A stretch of 63,857 nt of DNA, counting the filler, from Reclinomonas americana ATCC 50394 (Eukaryota): NCBI GenBank assembly GCA_048213135.1. It is 15 parts of 15 records of this genome, joined end to end, with 100 filler letters (N's around TTAATTAATTAA, not from the genome) between each part and the next. Parts side by side here need not be neighbours in the genome. Positions count along the whole stretch, not along the records: positions 34,177 to 37,691 come from AFZH01024019.1; positions 37,792 to 41,443 come from AFZH01024020.1; positions 41,544 to 44,820 come from AFZH01024021.1; positions 44,921 to 47,653 come from AFZH01024022.1; 11 more parts are not named here. One strand, given 5' to 3'. The position numbers and the translations under genes were made by a program. The notes beneath the pieces were generated by a model. It did no database searches and was not told the origin of the DNA. It saw only the letters and a program-made list of their open reading frames with translations. Positions 34,309 to 47,331 of this stretch are shown here, in pieces. Positions within the stretch are counted from its first letter, which is position 1. The number at the start of each line of letters is the position of its first letter.

Positions 34309-37300
34309 ATGAGTGCCTTCTAACAACAAAGTGGGGAATGATATCGCCAAGCAATAGGAGCACCTCCACTTCGGCGGCTGCAGTTGCCGCTGCTGGAGGC
34401 GCATCTGCGCCGTCGTCACTCTCGCTCTCGTCGGCATCGGCAGCCGGAGATGGCCGCTCAAACACACCAGCCTGCAGTGGGTAAATTCTTCTGAGTCATC
34501 GGTTCACCTCCCCGTGTGAGAAGAGAGATTGGCGAACCGACGACGCAGCGGCAGCGGGACTCTCCACCCACGGTCGACGCTCGTTGAAATGCCTGGCGAT
34601 GCACGAATCATCCACTCGGAACAGGAAGCCGTAGCCCATCACCAGCGCATTGGGCGTCATAAAATTCTTCTTGCCACGAATCATGAAGCTGCCAGTCGTC
34701 AGATACTCGCCACTCGGTGCCGTCTTCGACACCTGGTCAGCGTAGACCCAGTACGCACTCGTCAACACCTGCGAGTGGTGGCAATCAGCAGTGTGAACGA
34801 CGACGACTGGTCCTGGAAGTCACACACACACACACACACCTTGCGATCCCACGCCGACGAGTGACACACACAAAAGCTGCCGGCCTGGTTGAGCGTGAGC
34901 ACCGGCACCTCGCCGCCCACATGATTCTTGATAATGCACGACGACGCGCCAATCACGTCGGCGTGCACGTACACGTCGTTCTTCTTCATGTACCGCTTCA
35001 CCAGCATTTCGTTTTGCTGGGCATCGCGACCACTCACGACCACATAGTTCTCCGACGAGATGAACCAGTGGAACTTTTCAAACCACCATCGCTTGCGAAT
35101 AATCTGCAACGCAGGCTTATGCTGCTGTTGCACCTGCACCCCAATCACTCCGGCCGTTAGCCTCCGACAGACGGTCACTCGCAAGCAGATGGCACGCAAC
35201 TTGAGAGAGTGAATCCCGAGCACGCCGCTCGGCAGCACGCACAGCCTTGTCCGCCGCAGAGACTGTCTTGTGTGCCTTCTCGGCCGCTGCCTTCTTCTCT
35301 GCGTAGTACCGTCGGGTGTTTGCATGTGCCGACAAACCAATGTCCACATCGACCTTGACCAAACGAGGGCCGCGTGCCGCCGCCGCCGCCGCCTCATCGT
35401 CACTGTCCTCGTCGTCGTCCTGCTCGCCGTCGCTTGCAGGTTGGCGGAACGGGGTGTCGCCCTCTGGTAGCAGCAGTGTAATCTACCCACACACATGAGA
35501 AAAACGACGAGAGGGAGAAAGAGAGAGTGAGAGAGAGGAAGAGAAAGGCAGCGCACCGCATTTCGGTCGAGCTTCAGCTTCCAGATCATTTGTGCAATCG
35601 GATTGCCTTGCGTGCGTTGCTCATCAATCACATTCTGCAGCTCCGACCAGTCCATGCCGTGCGCCAGCGCACTTCGCACAACCAGAATGGCCTCCTCCAC
35701 CTGCGCCGCATGAATCTCCAACAGCTCGGCCTTGAAGCGCGACACCTCTTGCGTATCCTGCAGCCGACGAATGCGCTGCGCTTGATCCTCTTGCAACTGA
35801 CGCAGTTTCTTGGTGATGGCCCGCTCCTGCACAATGATAAGCACGGCATACGGGTTCAGCCGGATTCAAGCAAAGGAAGAGGAATGAATCGCTCTCAGTA
35901 CGAGATGCACCACTCCCTTTCTCCTACACACGTAACCTTTGCAGAGTGCTCTACTTCAAGTTTCTGCGTTTCGGAGCGCGCGAAAAACTCATCGACAGCG
36001 TCGTTGAACGAGGGGAACTCCACTACCGGGCGACCAGCATGTTGCGCCAGCAGCATGGGCGTATACTCGGCATACCTGCAACAACGTGAGTGACACGCAT
36101 GGCACTCCCAGCGTTCCGGTTCTACGCGCAACAGCGGATTCGACTCGGCGCCCTCGGTCGACGCGCTTCCCTCCGGTCTCTCGTGACACACAATAAAGGC
36201 CTGCACAGGCATGCATCGGATGAGTGCGAGAGGATGGATTCACCAGCAGACTGACGGCGCAGACCTTGCTTCTCGACGAGCCGGCATGCAAAAATATCTC
36301 ATCCACTTGACGGAGAGCATCGACGAGTCTGTCCAGAGCCTCCGAACCTACACCAACAGGGTGCGGTTAGTACACGGAACGCAGACGACAGCAGCCGGCG
36401 CACCACATCACACGACGAACCAGCAGATCGGTCGACCTTGGAGACCTTGACGTTGTGCGAGAAGCCTGCGGTGCGCACGGCGTGCTCGGCCAGCGCCGGT
36501 CCACAATCTGCACGCCAGTGGTGTGAGTCGTTCGTGGCGGCCTTCCCCTTCGCTCTTACAACGAAGCCACGCTCTCACCAAGATTGACGCCGAGCACCTG
36601 CCGCAAGTTCTTGCTCTGCGCCTCGGGATCCTCCAGCAGCGGCAGCAGCCGTTCAATCGAGGTTGGCACATACTCGCGCACCGTGTCACGCGGGAACAGC
36701 TCGCCCACTGCGTATCGCACATCCTCGTTGGCCTCCTCTGTGCGTTGTGTGTGAGCACAAGCCAGTCAGAAAGCACTGTTACGGCAGCAGTACGCACCAC
36801 CGGCGACTGCATGCGAATGCGTGCGCAGGAGAGCCAGGATGCGATACTCGTGATCGCACAGAATAATGTTGCCGCGAGCGTAGAACTCAAAGATGAGGAA
36901 GTACATGTTGGGCCCGTGCGTACCAAACTGCATGCACACGACGCGATCGGAGCCCAGCTGGCTAATGTCATCCAGACGCCACGTTCGAATGTGCTTGCGA
37001 AGCTGCGTCATCCGCACTGTCGTTAGAAGCAGCAACAGCAGACTGTGCCGATGAAGAACAGCAGCACCTTCATGGAGAAGGGCGACGGGGAGCTATTCTT
37101 GGAGCGATGAAAGGCCGACACATGCAATCGCATGCCGCTCTCCACGAGCACGTGGCACTTGTCCTCGGACTTGGCAAACTTGAAAATGTACGTGCGCGGG
37201 TTGATGTCGTAGACGTTGGCAAGGCGGTGGCCCACCAGACGCTCTCGCAGCTCCGCCACCGCCACGCGAATGTCGAACCTGCACACGCACACGCACACAC

Positions 37301-37401
37301 ACGCCCCCCATCATTGCAATCAGCACAATGCTGATGCTGTCACGAGAAAGAGAGAGAGAGGGGGGAGTACGCAACACGCTGAATCGCTTGGCGGTCGCCA
37401 T
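34177..37401 (-). CDS. NEMF: Ribosome quality-control factor NEMF/Rqc2, spliced, 3' truncated
   Basis: [47 protein letters not shown] and [25 protein letters not shown]. Confidence 0.93.
34235..34307. repeat. (CA)n microsatellite, representative of many
   Basis: Long CA run. Other CT/GA/CA tracts near 14316, 18167-18460, 21683, 21850, 44580-44750 and 63420-63650. Many eukaryotic contigs end at such tracts. Confidence 0.95.
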
Positions 37402-37791
37402 TGCGGGTTGAAGTAAGGTCGAAGTGACGTCACCGCGGCAACTGTCCACACTACTTTCTCACGAGCTTTGTCACGCAAAAAATGGAGTCTGTCGCCACGT
37501 CGCCCTACGATCCACGGTTCCCCAACCAGAACCAGGCAAGTGCTTCTCTCATTTTCTTTCTCTGACATTGAGGAGACTGCATGCAAACTGACGTGCATGC
37601 ACGCACACACAGACGAAGCACTGCTTCGTGTCGTACGTCGAGTACTTCAGGTGAGAGAGATACAGAAAGAGAGAGCGCGCCTGTGTGTGTGNNNNNNNNN
37701 NNNNNNNNNNNNNNNNNNNNNNNNNNNNNNNNNNNTTAATTAATTAANNNNNNNNNNNNNNNNNNNNNNNNNNNNNNNNNNNNNNNNNNNN

Positions 37792-38026
37792 AAGCGGCTG
37801 GCGTCTGTTCTTCTTTTGTGTGCTGTCGGTGGTGCCACTCGGCATTGCCGGCTACCTGGGCGTGGTCGGCCCCAAGCGCATGCCGTTTGATATGGCGCCA
37901 CTGGCCGTGGTGGTCATTTTTGTGGTGGTGGAGGTGGCCTCGGCGGTCAGGTTACTGTGGATCTTCTTCCAGAATCTGACGCGACGATACTATTTGTTGT
38001 TTGACAGGCATGGTGCGTTGGTGTGA
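37792..38026 (+). CDS. C-terminal fragment of a small membrane protein, possibly TMEM17/TMEM216-like
   Basis: Two hydrophobic helices. MPFDMAPLAVVVIFVVVEV...LTRRYYLLF loosely resembles the TMEM17 C-terminus (by eye only). Confidence 0.35.
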
Positions 38027-38066
38027 GTGTACACAGTGATTGGGAATTCGGACCAGTTCATTTACA

Positions 38067-40078
38067 TCACTCGGGTATCGGCGACAAGTCGGGATGGAAG
38101 GCGCGGATGCAGTTCCACACCTCCTCTGCAGTGCACGTTGGTGAGCTTCACTCTCTCGCACATCTCTCTCTCTCCTCCCCTCCCCTTCTGCACCTCCCTG
38201 CTCACCCTTGATATGCGCAATCGTCATATCGCGCTCAAAGCTAAAGTCGACGGGCTCCAGCGGCACCAGATCCACGGGGCCCTCGCGCACCTCGTCAAAG
38301 TACGGGTGCACCATGACCTGCTGGAGCGAGTAGCGATCGTCGGGATTGAATTGCAGCATGTGATCGAGCAGGTCGACGACAGCAGCTGCGCGATATTGAG
38401 TGGTTACAAGGATGAGAGAATAGACGAATGCGCTGGCGTGCAAACCGTCTGCAGGCTGGTGGACAACGGCGGCCAGGTCTTGACGCGGTTGCGGCGGGTG
38501 CTTGCTGAGGAATGAGTAGGCCTGTGGATGCGAGGTGAGGATAGTGACGGGGAAATGCTTGCTTTCGCGGAAAGAAAGTTGCTGTCATCCGCATCATCTT
38601 CTCGTAGCAGTTGTACTTAAGCTTGTTGCTCTCTATCTGGGAGCCTCTCGTTTGGCAATCCATCTCCTCTTGCCTTACTCTTCTCTCTTCCTCTATTTGC
38701 TTTGTCTCTCCCGTTCCGCTCACATTACCTCCTTTTTCCGATTGTGATTCTCTTCTTTTCTCCTCCTCCCCTTGCATTTCTCTCTTTTCGTCTCCCTCCC
38801 CTCCCCTCTCCCTCCCTCTCTTTCCACCGCCACGCAACTCCCGCCGACGCCCACGTGCTAATGCGGCTCACATCCGGGGTGCCGACAATGGCCAGTGTGC
38901 GAGTCAGCTGCTCTCGATCTGCACGAAGATCATGTCAATTATCGCGGTCTGCCTCTCAGTCATCGTGGTCTGTGACGCAACACGACGCTCCCTGAATAAT
39001 CGGCTCGCCCGCGTACATCTCGGCCAGCATCACACCCAGCGACCACACGTCGGGTGAGAGGAGACGAGTCAAGGATCGAGGCGTGCCAAGTAACAAAGAG
39101 ACGACGAGCAGCAAAAAGGATATCATTGAATGAATACTCCCGTGATTCCATGATGATCTCGGGGGGTCCTGGAGAGTGCACGAACGGTTAGAACACTGGG
39201 CGAGCCAGAGTGCTTCTTGTGCCCATGTCGCTCACGAAATCCTGCTGCCTACTTTACAAACTTGCTCTCTCTTTCTCTCTCTCACACACACAGGTAAGCG
39301 CCAGTTCTTGTCAAGCAACCTCTCTCGCCTGCTTGTCACTGCAGAACACTGCACACAAACGCCTTGATCTTTCTCTTCCTTGTTCTCTTTCGCACAAGTA
39401 AGCACCAATTTCTTTCAACTAGCCTCTCTCTCAGCCCATCACCACAGAATAGCGCACATAGACGACTTGCCCTCTCTCTCTCTCTCTCCCCGAACGAGTA
39501 CACGTCGATTCCTTTCAAGCAGCCTCTCTCACGAGCTTGTTACCACAGAATAGTGCACATAAACGACTGCCCTGCTTCTCTTAAAAGTATGCTCACGTAT
39601 CTTCGAGCTGCTTCATCGTTCTCACAGGACCGTCACCACAGAAGCTGTCCATCAGCACCTTTCTCTCACTTCTCTCTCTCCCTCATTCTTTCTTTTTCTC
39701 TCGTCTCATAGCTCTCTTCCCAGTCTCCACGTCCTGTTTCTTACATGCGCCTTGTTCTCTTGCTCTCTCTAACTCGCAAGCTAGCGCCCGTTCCTTTCAA
39801 GCAGCCTCATCTCTCACTATTCCATCCTTTCTGAAAACAGAACTATTCTCCTCTTCCGTACTACTCCCCCCACTCAACCACATCTCTCGCCCCCCGCCCT
39901 TCTCGCACTCCACGCAACGATACCACCGTGTGCTGCAGGCAACATACACGATCAATAAGTAACAATCCTCCTCACGTCACGCATCGAGTCACATACCTCA
40001 CATACAGCGTCATCTTCTTCCGCTCAATGTCCTCGGCATCCACGCTGCGCGCCAGTCCCAAATCGCACAACTGCAACC

Positions 40079-40115
<37 letters not shown>

Positions 40116-40591
40116 GACGACGAGGTTTAGAATAGTCGAAGAACTCAACAACAGGAACGGCGACGCACCTGCGCCTCGCCACTGCCCGACACCAAGATGT
40201 TCTCCGGTTTGACGTCGCGGTGCGTGATTCCACGACGGTGCAGATACGCCAGGCCCTGGCACACGCCATAGATGCAACCCTTGAGCTGCAGCTCGGAGAG
40301 GCAGTCGCCGCGCTTCAAAATGCTGCGCACTGGAGGTGTGAGTCGCGGGAGGGGGACTATTGTGGGGGAAGAGAGAGAGGGAGCGTAACTTGCGCAGCGA
40401 GCCGCGCTCAGCCAGCGGAAACACCAAGTACAAGTGGTTCGCCAACGACTCGAATGACACGAGTGGTGGCAAATCGACGAGACGCACGACCTGTTGCACT
40501 GACGATGAGAATGGGGAGGGAGGGAAGCGGTGGAGTGACTGTAACGTTCGGGTGGTCGGCATCCATCAGGATCTTGATTTCACGAAGAATG
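38067..40591 (-). CDS. MAP kinase (CMGC group), spliced, 5' exons not located
   Basis: ILREIKIL, HRDVKPENIL, LCDLGLAR, MTLYVSTRWYRPPE, ADVWSLG, IVGTP and HPYF. Includes a 14-nt exon (39919-39932) and an AT-AC intron. Confidence 0.9.
39054..39123 (-). other. U12-type (minor spliceosome) AT-AC intron
   Basis: 5' end ATATCCTTT, branch site TCCTTGAC (39075-39068), 3' end CAC. The interval contains no AG, and its removal restores YSFN-A-DVWSLG. Confidence 0.9.
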
Positions 40592-40695
40592 CTGTGGGGG
40601 GACGGAGACGTGTGAGCCAAGCGAGATGTACGGGAATACAACTCAACCCGTGGAGGGAAGATGTGGGGGGAAAGAACAAAGAGACGTACTGCTCT

Positions 40696-40731
<36 letters not shown>

Positions 40732-41875
40732 TTTCAGCGATCTGGCACCGACAACCATCTGAAAGTCAGTAGACTACTTGCCTTCTTTCTGTCGCTCCCT
40801 GCCTGCAAGTTGTTTGCTAGAAGTGTGCAAGACTCTGTTGACTTGTCCTCCCTTCTTTCTCTAAACTATATTCGTTCTCTCTCTCTCTAGCGCGCTTCTG
40901 CTTCTGTTCTTCTGTCGTCTTCTATGCATCCTATCTCTCATAGTCAGCCCGATTGTTCCTTCTCTCCGTCCCACTCAGTTCGACAACCTTCTCTTCTCTC
41001 TCTTTCTCTTGCTTCCTTTCCATCTCGTCATTTCTTCACACACGTCACTCTCCGTTTCACTTCTCTGCCTTCGCCCGCCACAGTCTGCCATGCCATTCTC
41101 TCTCTCTCTTTCTCTCTCTCTCTCTTGTCAACTCTGCGAAAACAATTGAGTTGTCTTCCTAGTAATAGAAACTTCACTGATCCATACACAACAATGAACA
41201 TCTACCAGTGATCGCCAACAATCTCGTGTCTTCATCCCATCTTTCCTTCTCTCACTTCTCTGCTTTCTATTCTCAATCATGGTAATCCCTTCTTTCTCTA
41301 TCTCTCTTTCTTTAAATTTCTCATTTTCTCTTGTCAACTGAGTCAGCCCGATTGAGTTGTCTTCCCCTTCATCCCTTCTCTCCTTCTCTCTCTCTCTCTG
41401 TCTTCTTTCTTTCTCTCTCTGTCTCTCTCTCTCTCTCTCTCTCNNNNNNNNNNNNNNNNNNNNNNNNNNNNNNNNNNNNNNNNNNNNTTAATTAATTAAN
41501 NNNNNNNNNNNNNNNNNNNNNNNNNNNNNNNNNNNNNNNNNNNGAGGAGCGAAGAGGTGTGGGTGGTGGCGACAGGGATAAGAAAGGGAAGGAGATTGGA
41601 GTGAAGGCGAAAGAAGGGAAGAGGATGGAAGGCGAGAGAAACAAAACGAACACGCTGCACCAGCAATGGATAGAGCGATGATTGCTCCGAGTTCCACACT
41701 CCATCACATCCCTCTAGCTCACACGAGGCACGCACTCATTTTCTCAAGTTTTTGATATCAGAACGTCTATAGACACACACGCCCATCGCTCTGTTGTGTC
41801 ATTCTGGATTCCTCTCTCATTCTCTCCCTTCTTCTCTTGCGTCTCTCTCTCTCTCTCTCCTTCCCATCATCAAAC

Positions 41876-43813
41876 TTAATCACCCACCTGCTGCGTGGCA
41901 AGCATCAATTCCACTGCCGAGTCCAGCTCGGCGTCCACAGCAGCCTCTCTCTTCGAACGCTGCAATCGGCCGCAGCGCACAACCACATTGCGGAACATGC
42001 GCGCCAGCAGCAGTGTGTTATTGCGGCGTGCATTGGACAGCACGCGGTCGAGAATGTCGCGACCTCGACACAAGGCCCGTCGTATTCTCAGGAACGAGGT
42101 GCGCGACACACTGCGACCGATATTGTTGGTGTCGCGCAGCGGGTCCAACACGTTCATATTCTTCTTGATGAAGGCGCGGCCTTCGAGGCCGGCATTGGTG
42201 GCGCGGCCGACGTATGCCGCGCGCAATTTCGACAAGGATTGCAGGTCGAAGAGGAGAGGGGTGCTCGGGGCTGGGAGTGGGGAGAATGAGGTGAGGGGAA
42301 GGGGAAACGACGAGAGGAAGAGGAAGAGGGAGGGAGGGAGGGAGGGAGAGGGAGGGAGAGAGAGGAAGAGGACGAGGGAGGGAGGGAGAGGGAGAGGGAG
42401 AGGGAGAGGGAGAGGGAGCGAAAAGTGGAACCAAGACGATGACTAGATTCGTCAAACGAGAGTGGGAAGGGGACTGACGAGATGAAGAGATCGAAATCAA
42501 CAAGAGAGCGCATCAAACCTTCCACCACGACCGGCACTGGCGGCTCAGACACGCGAAAAGGGCCGAGCATAGAGATTCCAAAATGTTCCCAATCGAACCG
42601 ACTGAACACGTCGAGAAACTTGTGAAACGCCTGCAAATAAAGTGAGCGACACTCGCACACCCTACAATCCTATTGATGCGGCCACACACACCTGCAGTGG
42701 CGTGCGCAGCTCGGCGTGGAACTTGTTGAAGATGTAGAGCACCATCGTGGTGAGAGCGTAGGTCGAGAGGAGACCGTGGTGCGAGCCGAGGATGCGACTC
42801 TCGTACAGCGACCAGGCCTTGACCAAAATCACACTCTCCTTGAAGAGGTGGTTGTGGCCGATCGTCATGTCCATCTGCGATGCGAGGTGTGAGGGTGGGA
42901 GGTAAAAGGAAGGGAGTGGGAAGGGAGAGGGAAGGGAGAGGAAGGGAGAGGAAGGGAAAGGGGAAGAGGTGAAAATGGAGGAGGAGAAAAGGACGAGGAC
43001 AGTCGAAACAATACACTCGCAGACGAAGAGCTTGACTCTGTTGTGAGGTGGCGCCACACGCGCACTCTCTCCCAAGTCAAGCAAAAGCAAACCAAAGCAG
43101 AGATCAAGGTACTCTGCTGTAAGGTGGCGCAACACACGCACTCACTCACGCGCTGATTGGTGCGCTGCCTTTGATCAATCCCCCTTCATTCTCTCGAAGT
43201 ATGACTAGATTTCTGACCCTCTTTCTTTAGGCCATCCTATTGGTGTGACAGGAGATGAAAAAAAGTGAGGAGGGAACAAACCTCCAACACATCTGCGCTC
43301 AACTCAACTACCCCACCACACAGATTGCGTACACAGCGAGAGGAAGAGAGTCATCCGCCTGAGCTTCTCCTTCTGTTTCTACCACAAGTCAAATACCACA
43401 CTTTTGCCGTCTTCAAACTCGCTCACTCTTTCTCCCTCTTCTCCGTCCAACAACAGACTCACCTTTTCCAACAAACACAACGTCGACAGACCGGCCAGCT
43501 GATTAATTGTAATGTCGCACTGGAGGTCATCCACAAACACCTTCAACAACTTGATCTCGGCGTGCATGATGAGCAGCGTGTCGCGCACGCGCAAAAACGG
43601 CGAGTCCGCAGATCGTCTCTCCAACTCCTTGAATGTGGAACGCAATTCAAACCACAGGCTGTCCGGTGGCTCTTCCGGCAAAAAGATGCTGCATCGACGC
43701 GATGAGCACTGCACGTAATGTACGGCTGAAATGCAAAATGGAGAGGGCGCAACGTGAGATCAATATCGCCATCGGGAAGGTAGGTCTTGAGAGGGACCGA
43801 GCCGACGAGAAAG
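41876..43813 (-). CDS. Pol-beta-like nucleotidyltransferase with PAP/OAS1 substrate-binding domain, spliced, 5' partial
   Basis: GSVPLKTYLPDGDIDLT, HLFKESVILVKAWSLYESRILGSHHGLLSTYAL, FSRFDWE and VLDPLRDTNNIGRSVS. Confidence 0.88.
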
Positions 43814-44920
43814 AGCTGCGGGTGAAGAGGGAATGGTGAGTGAATGAATGGAACATGCGAGCACAATTGTAGAAACAAGCACGGCATCTGGTCCTCACTC
43901 ATTGGCAAACCGAAAAAGCATGATGCAAAGAAAGAGAAACACTAAACATGAGCCGAGCAAGTTAACGGCACAGATGTTGAGCAGGGAATGCATCGGGAGA
44001 CGAGGTGGAAGCACAGGAACAGACAACGAGAGCACGCACAGATCGAAGACGATGAGTATGCAGGAAATGCTGGCGAGCGAGAGGCAGGAGCTGGAATGAA
44101 GAGTGAATCGCCGAGACAAGGAACGCGGGAATGACACACCAATGACAAATAGAGAGAGAAAGAGTGAGGGAAGAGAAAGCGCAGAAACCTCTACGAGATT
44201 AACCAGAGACGTTCGAAGACAGTGAGAATACGAAGGACATGCGAAAGGGAGTGGACGAGAGCCAGGCGCTGGAGGGGAAAGAAGAGTGACTGACAGAGAC
44301 AAGAAACGCGGGAATGACGGTGTCGCACAAAGCCAGTGAGTGAGTGAGTGAGAGAAGGGTTAACAAGTGAGGCATACAACGAGCGGCAAGGCCACAGAGA
44401 CACAAAACCAGAAACACAGCACAGAAACAGTGCAGGGAGACACGCTGCGAGGGACCTATATCCGGCTTCCACAATCACATCAAAATGAACAAACTGAATG
44501 CGACAATGAGAGAGAGAGTGTGTGTGTGTGTGATAGCCACAATGACACACGCACACACCAAACGACAGCGACAGCACAGAGACACACACACACACACACA
44601 CACACAGAGAGAGAGAGGCTGACATGTCCGTTTCCTCAGACTCACGCGCTCACACACACACACACACACACACGACTCTCTCTCTCTCTCTCTCTCACTC
44701 ACTCTCTCTCTCACACACGCTCACACACACACACGCACACTCACTCACTCTCTTTCTCTCCCTCAATCATCTCTCTCTGTGTCACACTCACTCTCAATCA
44801 TCTCTCCCGCTCACTCCCTTNNNNNNNNNNNNNNNNNNNNNNNNNNNNNNNNNNNNNNNNNNNNTTAATTAATTAANNNNNNNNNNNNNNNNNNNNNNNN
44901 NNNNNNNNNNNNNNNNNNNN

Positions 44921-46815
44921 GTCGTCGTCATCGCCGTCGTCGTCGTCGACCAACGGCAGCTCCGACTCGGCGTCTGGCATGTGCGACCGCGGACGGAAGT
45001 TGTCTTCCTCCTCCTCTGCACCCACGTCAGCATCGGGACAGTCGATCCCTTCCAACAAGGTCTCCTCGCACACAATCTAAATGGAAGGCACAGTGAGTGC
45101 GGGGACACACAAACAGGAGATCGACGGGGGTCACGGAACTTCCCCGAGTTTGAGAGTCCCGAACTCGCTGCAGCAGCTGTCAAGATCAACAAGCAACTGT
45201 TGTTGTCGGGAACGGCAAGCATCGGCCTCCTCGTAGTCTTCGCCATGAAGGCAGCTTTTCGATTTGCCGACGTTTTCACTCCCTTCTGCAAGTCTGGGCG
45301 ACCTTCGGAGGGCAGTACCTGCAGCACCTGCCTTACCAGCACCTGCCTTACCAGTGGCAGTCGACGGGGCGCGGCCTTTGCTACCGCCGGATCGATTCTT
45401 CCAAGCGTCGTCATCGCCATCGCCATCCTCGTCATCGTCGTCGCCGCCGTCGTCATCGTCTCGCGATCCACACCCGCCACGAGATGACACTCCAGATGGA
45501 GATCCGGATCTTGGGTAGATAGCCGCGTTGTACGTCCACTGTGCACATCAGCAAGGTCGGTTCAGTACACACGAATTGCCGACTTTGTTGCAATGTCCAC
45601 GCAACTGCATCTTCATCATCCAGATTCTGTTCAGCTCTCGCAGCCGGCTTCAGAGCCGCGATGTGCTCCTTCACCGCCTCGACACGGGCTATCGAATCAG
45701 CGGTACCAGCTGCAAGGTCCACGAGACCATTCGCGACACAGCATTCGAAACAATTTTCTGCATGTCGATGCAGAAGGGACATGTGCGGCTTCGACCAGGA
45801 AACGGCGTCCTCGGTGTAAGAGAACACGCGAATCGCCTTGCTGCGATCCAGGTCCGGCAGTGCATCGTCTCGGATCTCGAAGTCGATCACGCTGTCGTCG
45901 ACAGAACGAGAATCTTGCCAGGTAAGGCATCTTCCCCTTTCGAGGTCGAACAATTGTCCATCAGCCTGCAATAACGGCACGACGCAACAAATACACATGG
46001 TAAGTGATTGTAACAACAACACGCAGAACAGATGCATCGTCATCTCTAGATCTGTTACCGTCACGAAGAGCCTGAGGTTGTCAAACCGAACGTGCAACTT
46101 CGGTGGAAGCATTATGCAGTTCCGCGGACAGTACACAGCATGGGGCTGTCGCTGCTGAGCCATTTGGCAGCACCAGTGGTACACAGTGTACTCCTCACAT
46201 CGCTGTGTGCCAGATGATATCAATGGGCAGAGCACGACAAAGAAATTCAACGCCCGGACGTACCATGACTGGCACAATGTGACAGGCCATACATGCCTTG
46301 AGCTTCCGGAAGGCGCCAGACGCAGCACGCCTGGCCATTTTGATTCCCGTGATTCGAAACCGCTGTGGAAGAATGCCACAAACTACAATCAGCTCATCGG
46401 AAAATGCCATGAAGGTGCGAGGCGAAGGGATACTCAACTGCCTGCGCGTCGCGTCCGGATTTGACGGAGTGTATTGATTTTGCAATCAGGTCTTCGCGCT
46501 CGTCATCACGCTTCGCAAGTTCAGCTACGCGTGCAGCCAGCGCACGATGAAGCCCATCCATCTCCAGTCGCACACGATCGCGTTCGGCATCGCGCTGCGC
46601 AAGTTCGGCGCGGTGCTCGGCATCACGCTTCGCAAGCTCGGCTGCAACTAGAAGCTTGCATGCGGCAAGCTCACTTTCGAGCCTTCCGTAGTCGACTGCA
46701 GCCTTCAGTTCTCTGTCGCGCCTGATTTCTTGACGATCAAGCATTTCAGATATCATCCTTGTCTGCTGCAAAGCGATCGCGCCAAGAGCGTTGCCAGCAG
46801 GTCTGGGCTCCCTGC
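44921..46815 (-). CDS. Coiled-coil + HNH (HNH_2-like) endonuclease-domain protein, spliced, ends uncertain
   Basis: ITG...ACHIVP in one exon, then RNCIMLPPKLHVRFD and KPHMSLLHRH in later exons, matching the HNH_2 signature. Acidic tail. Confidence 0.6.
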
Positions 46816-47296
46816 GCACAAAGAGGGAAGCAAGAATCATCAGCAACGCGAAACAGCTGAGTGGTGCACACAAAGAGAGAGAGGCGCACACGAGTTTGTT
46901 GTTGACACGATCATTCCCCCCACTCATTTCCAGAACAATGGAGAGAGAGAGGGAGAGAGTGACTCACGCAAGAGGAGAACAACAGAAACAAAACAAAAAA
47001 CAAAAAAACACGCAAAGAGAACGAGCGCCTCTCACACACGACAAACAGCAAGTTCGCGCGCACGGGACGCGAAGTCGGAGTTTCTCAATCACAGTGCCCG
47101 CCATCGCTTCCACCTCATCACCGCAGTGTAAGTGGGAGGGATGCTTCTACACACAGAGACACTCCAACAAGCATACAACCACACACCAAGCACTTCGCGA
47201 CAACTCAAGTTCACACGACATTGGAGACTAATATCACCAAAAATTGGGACAACACACAAAGTGCAACGGGGCACTCAGAGGCACAAGTGAAAGCTC

Positions 47297-47331
<35 letters not shown>

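Noticed and set aside
40327..40393. GC-AG intron in the MAPK gene (GCAAGT donor)
   Set aside because: A GT donor at 40389 with the next acceptor gives GSLRNILK, an equally good or better reading.
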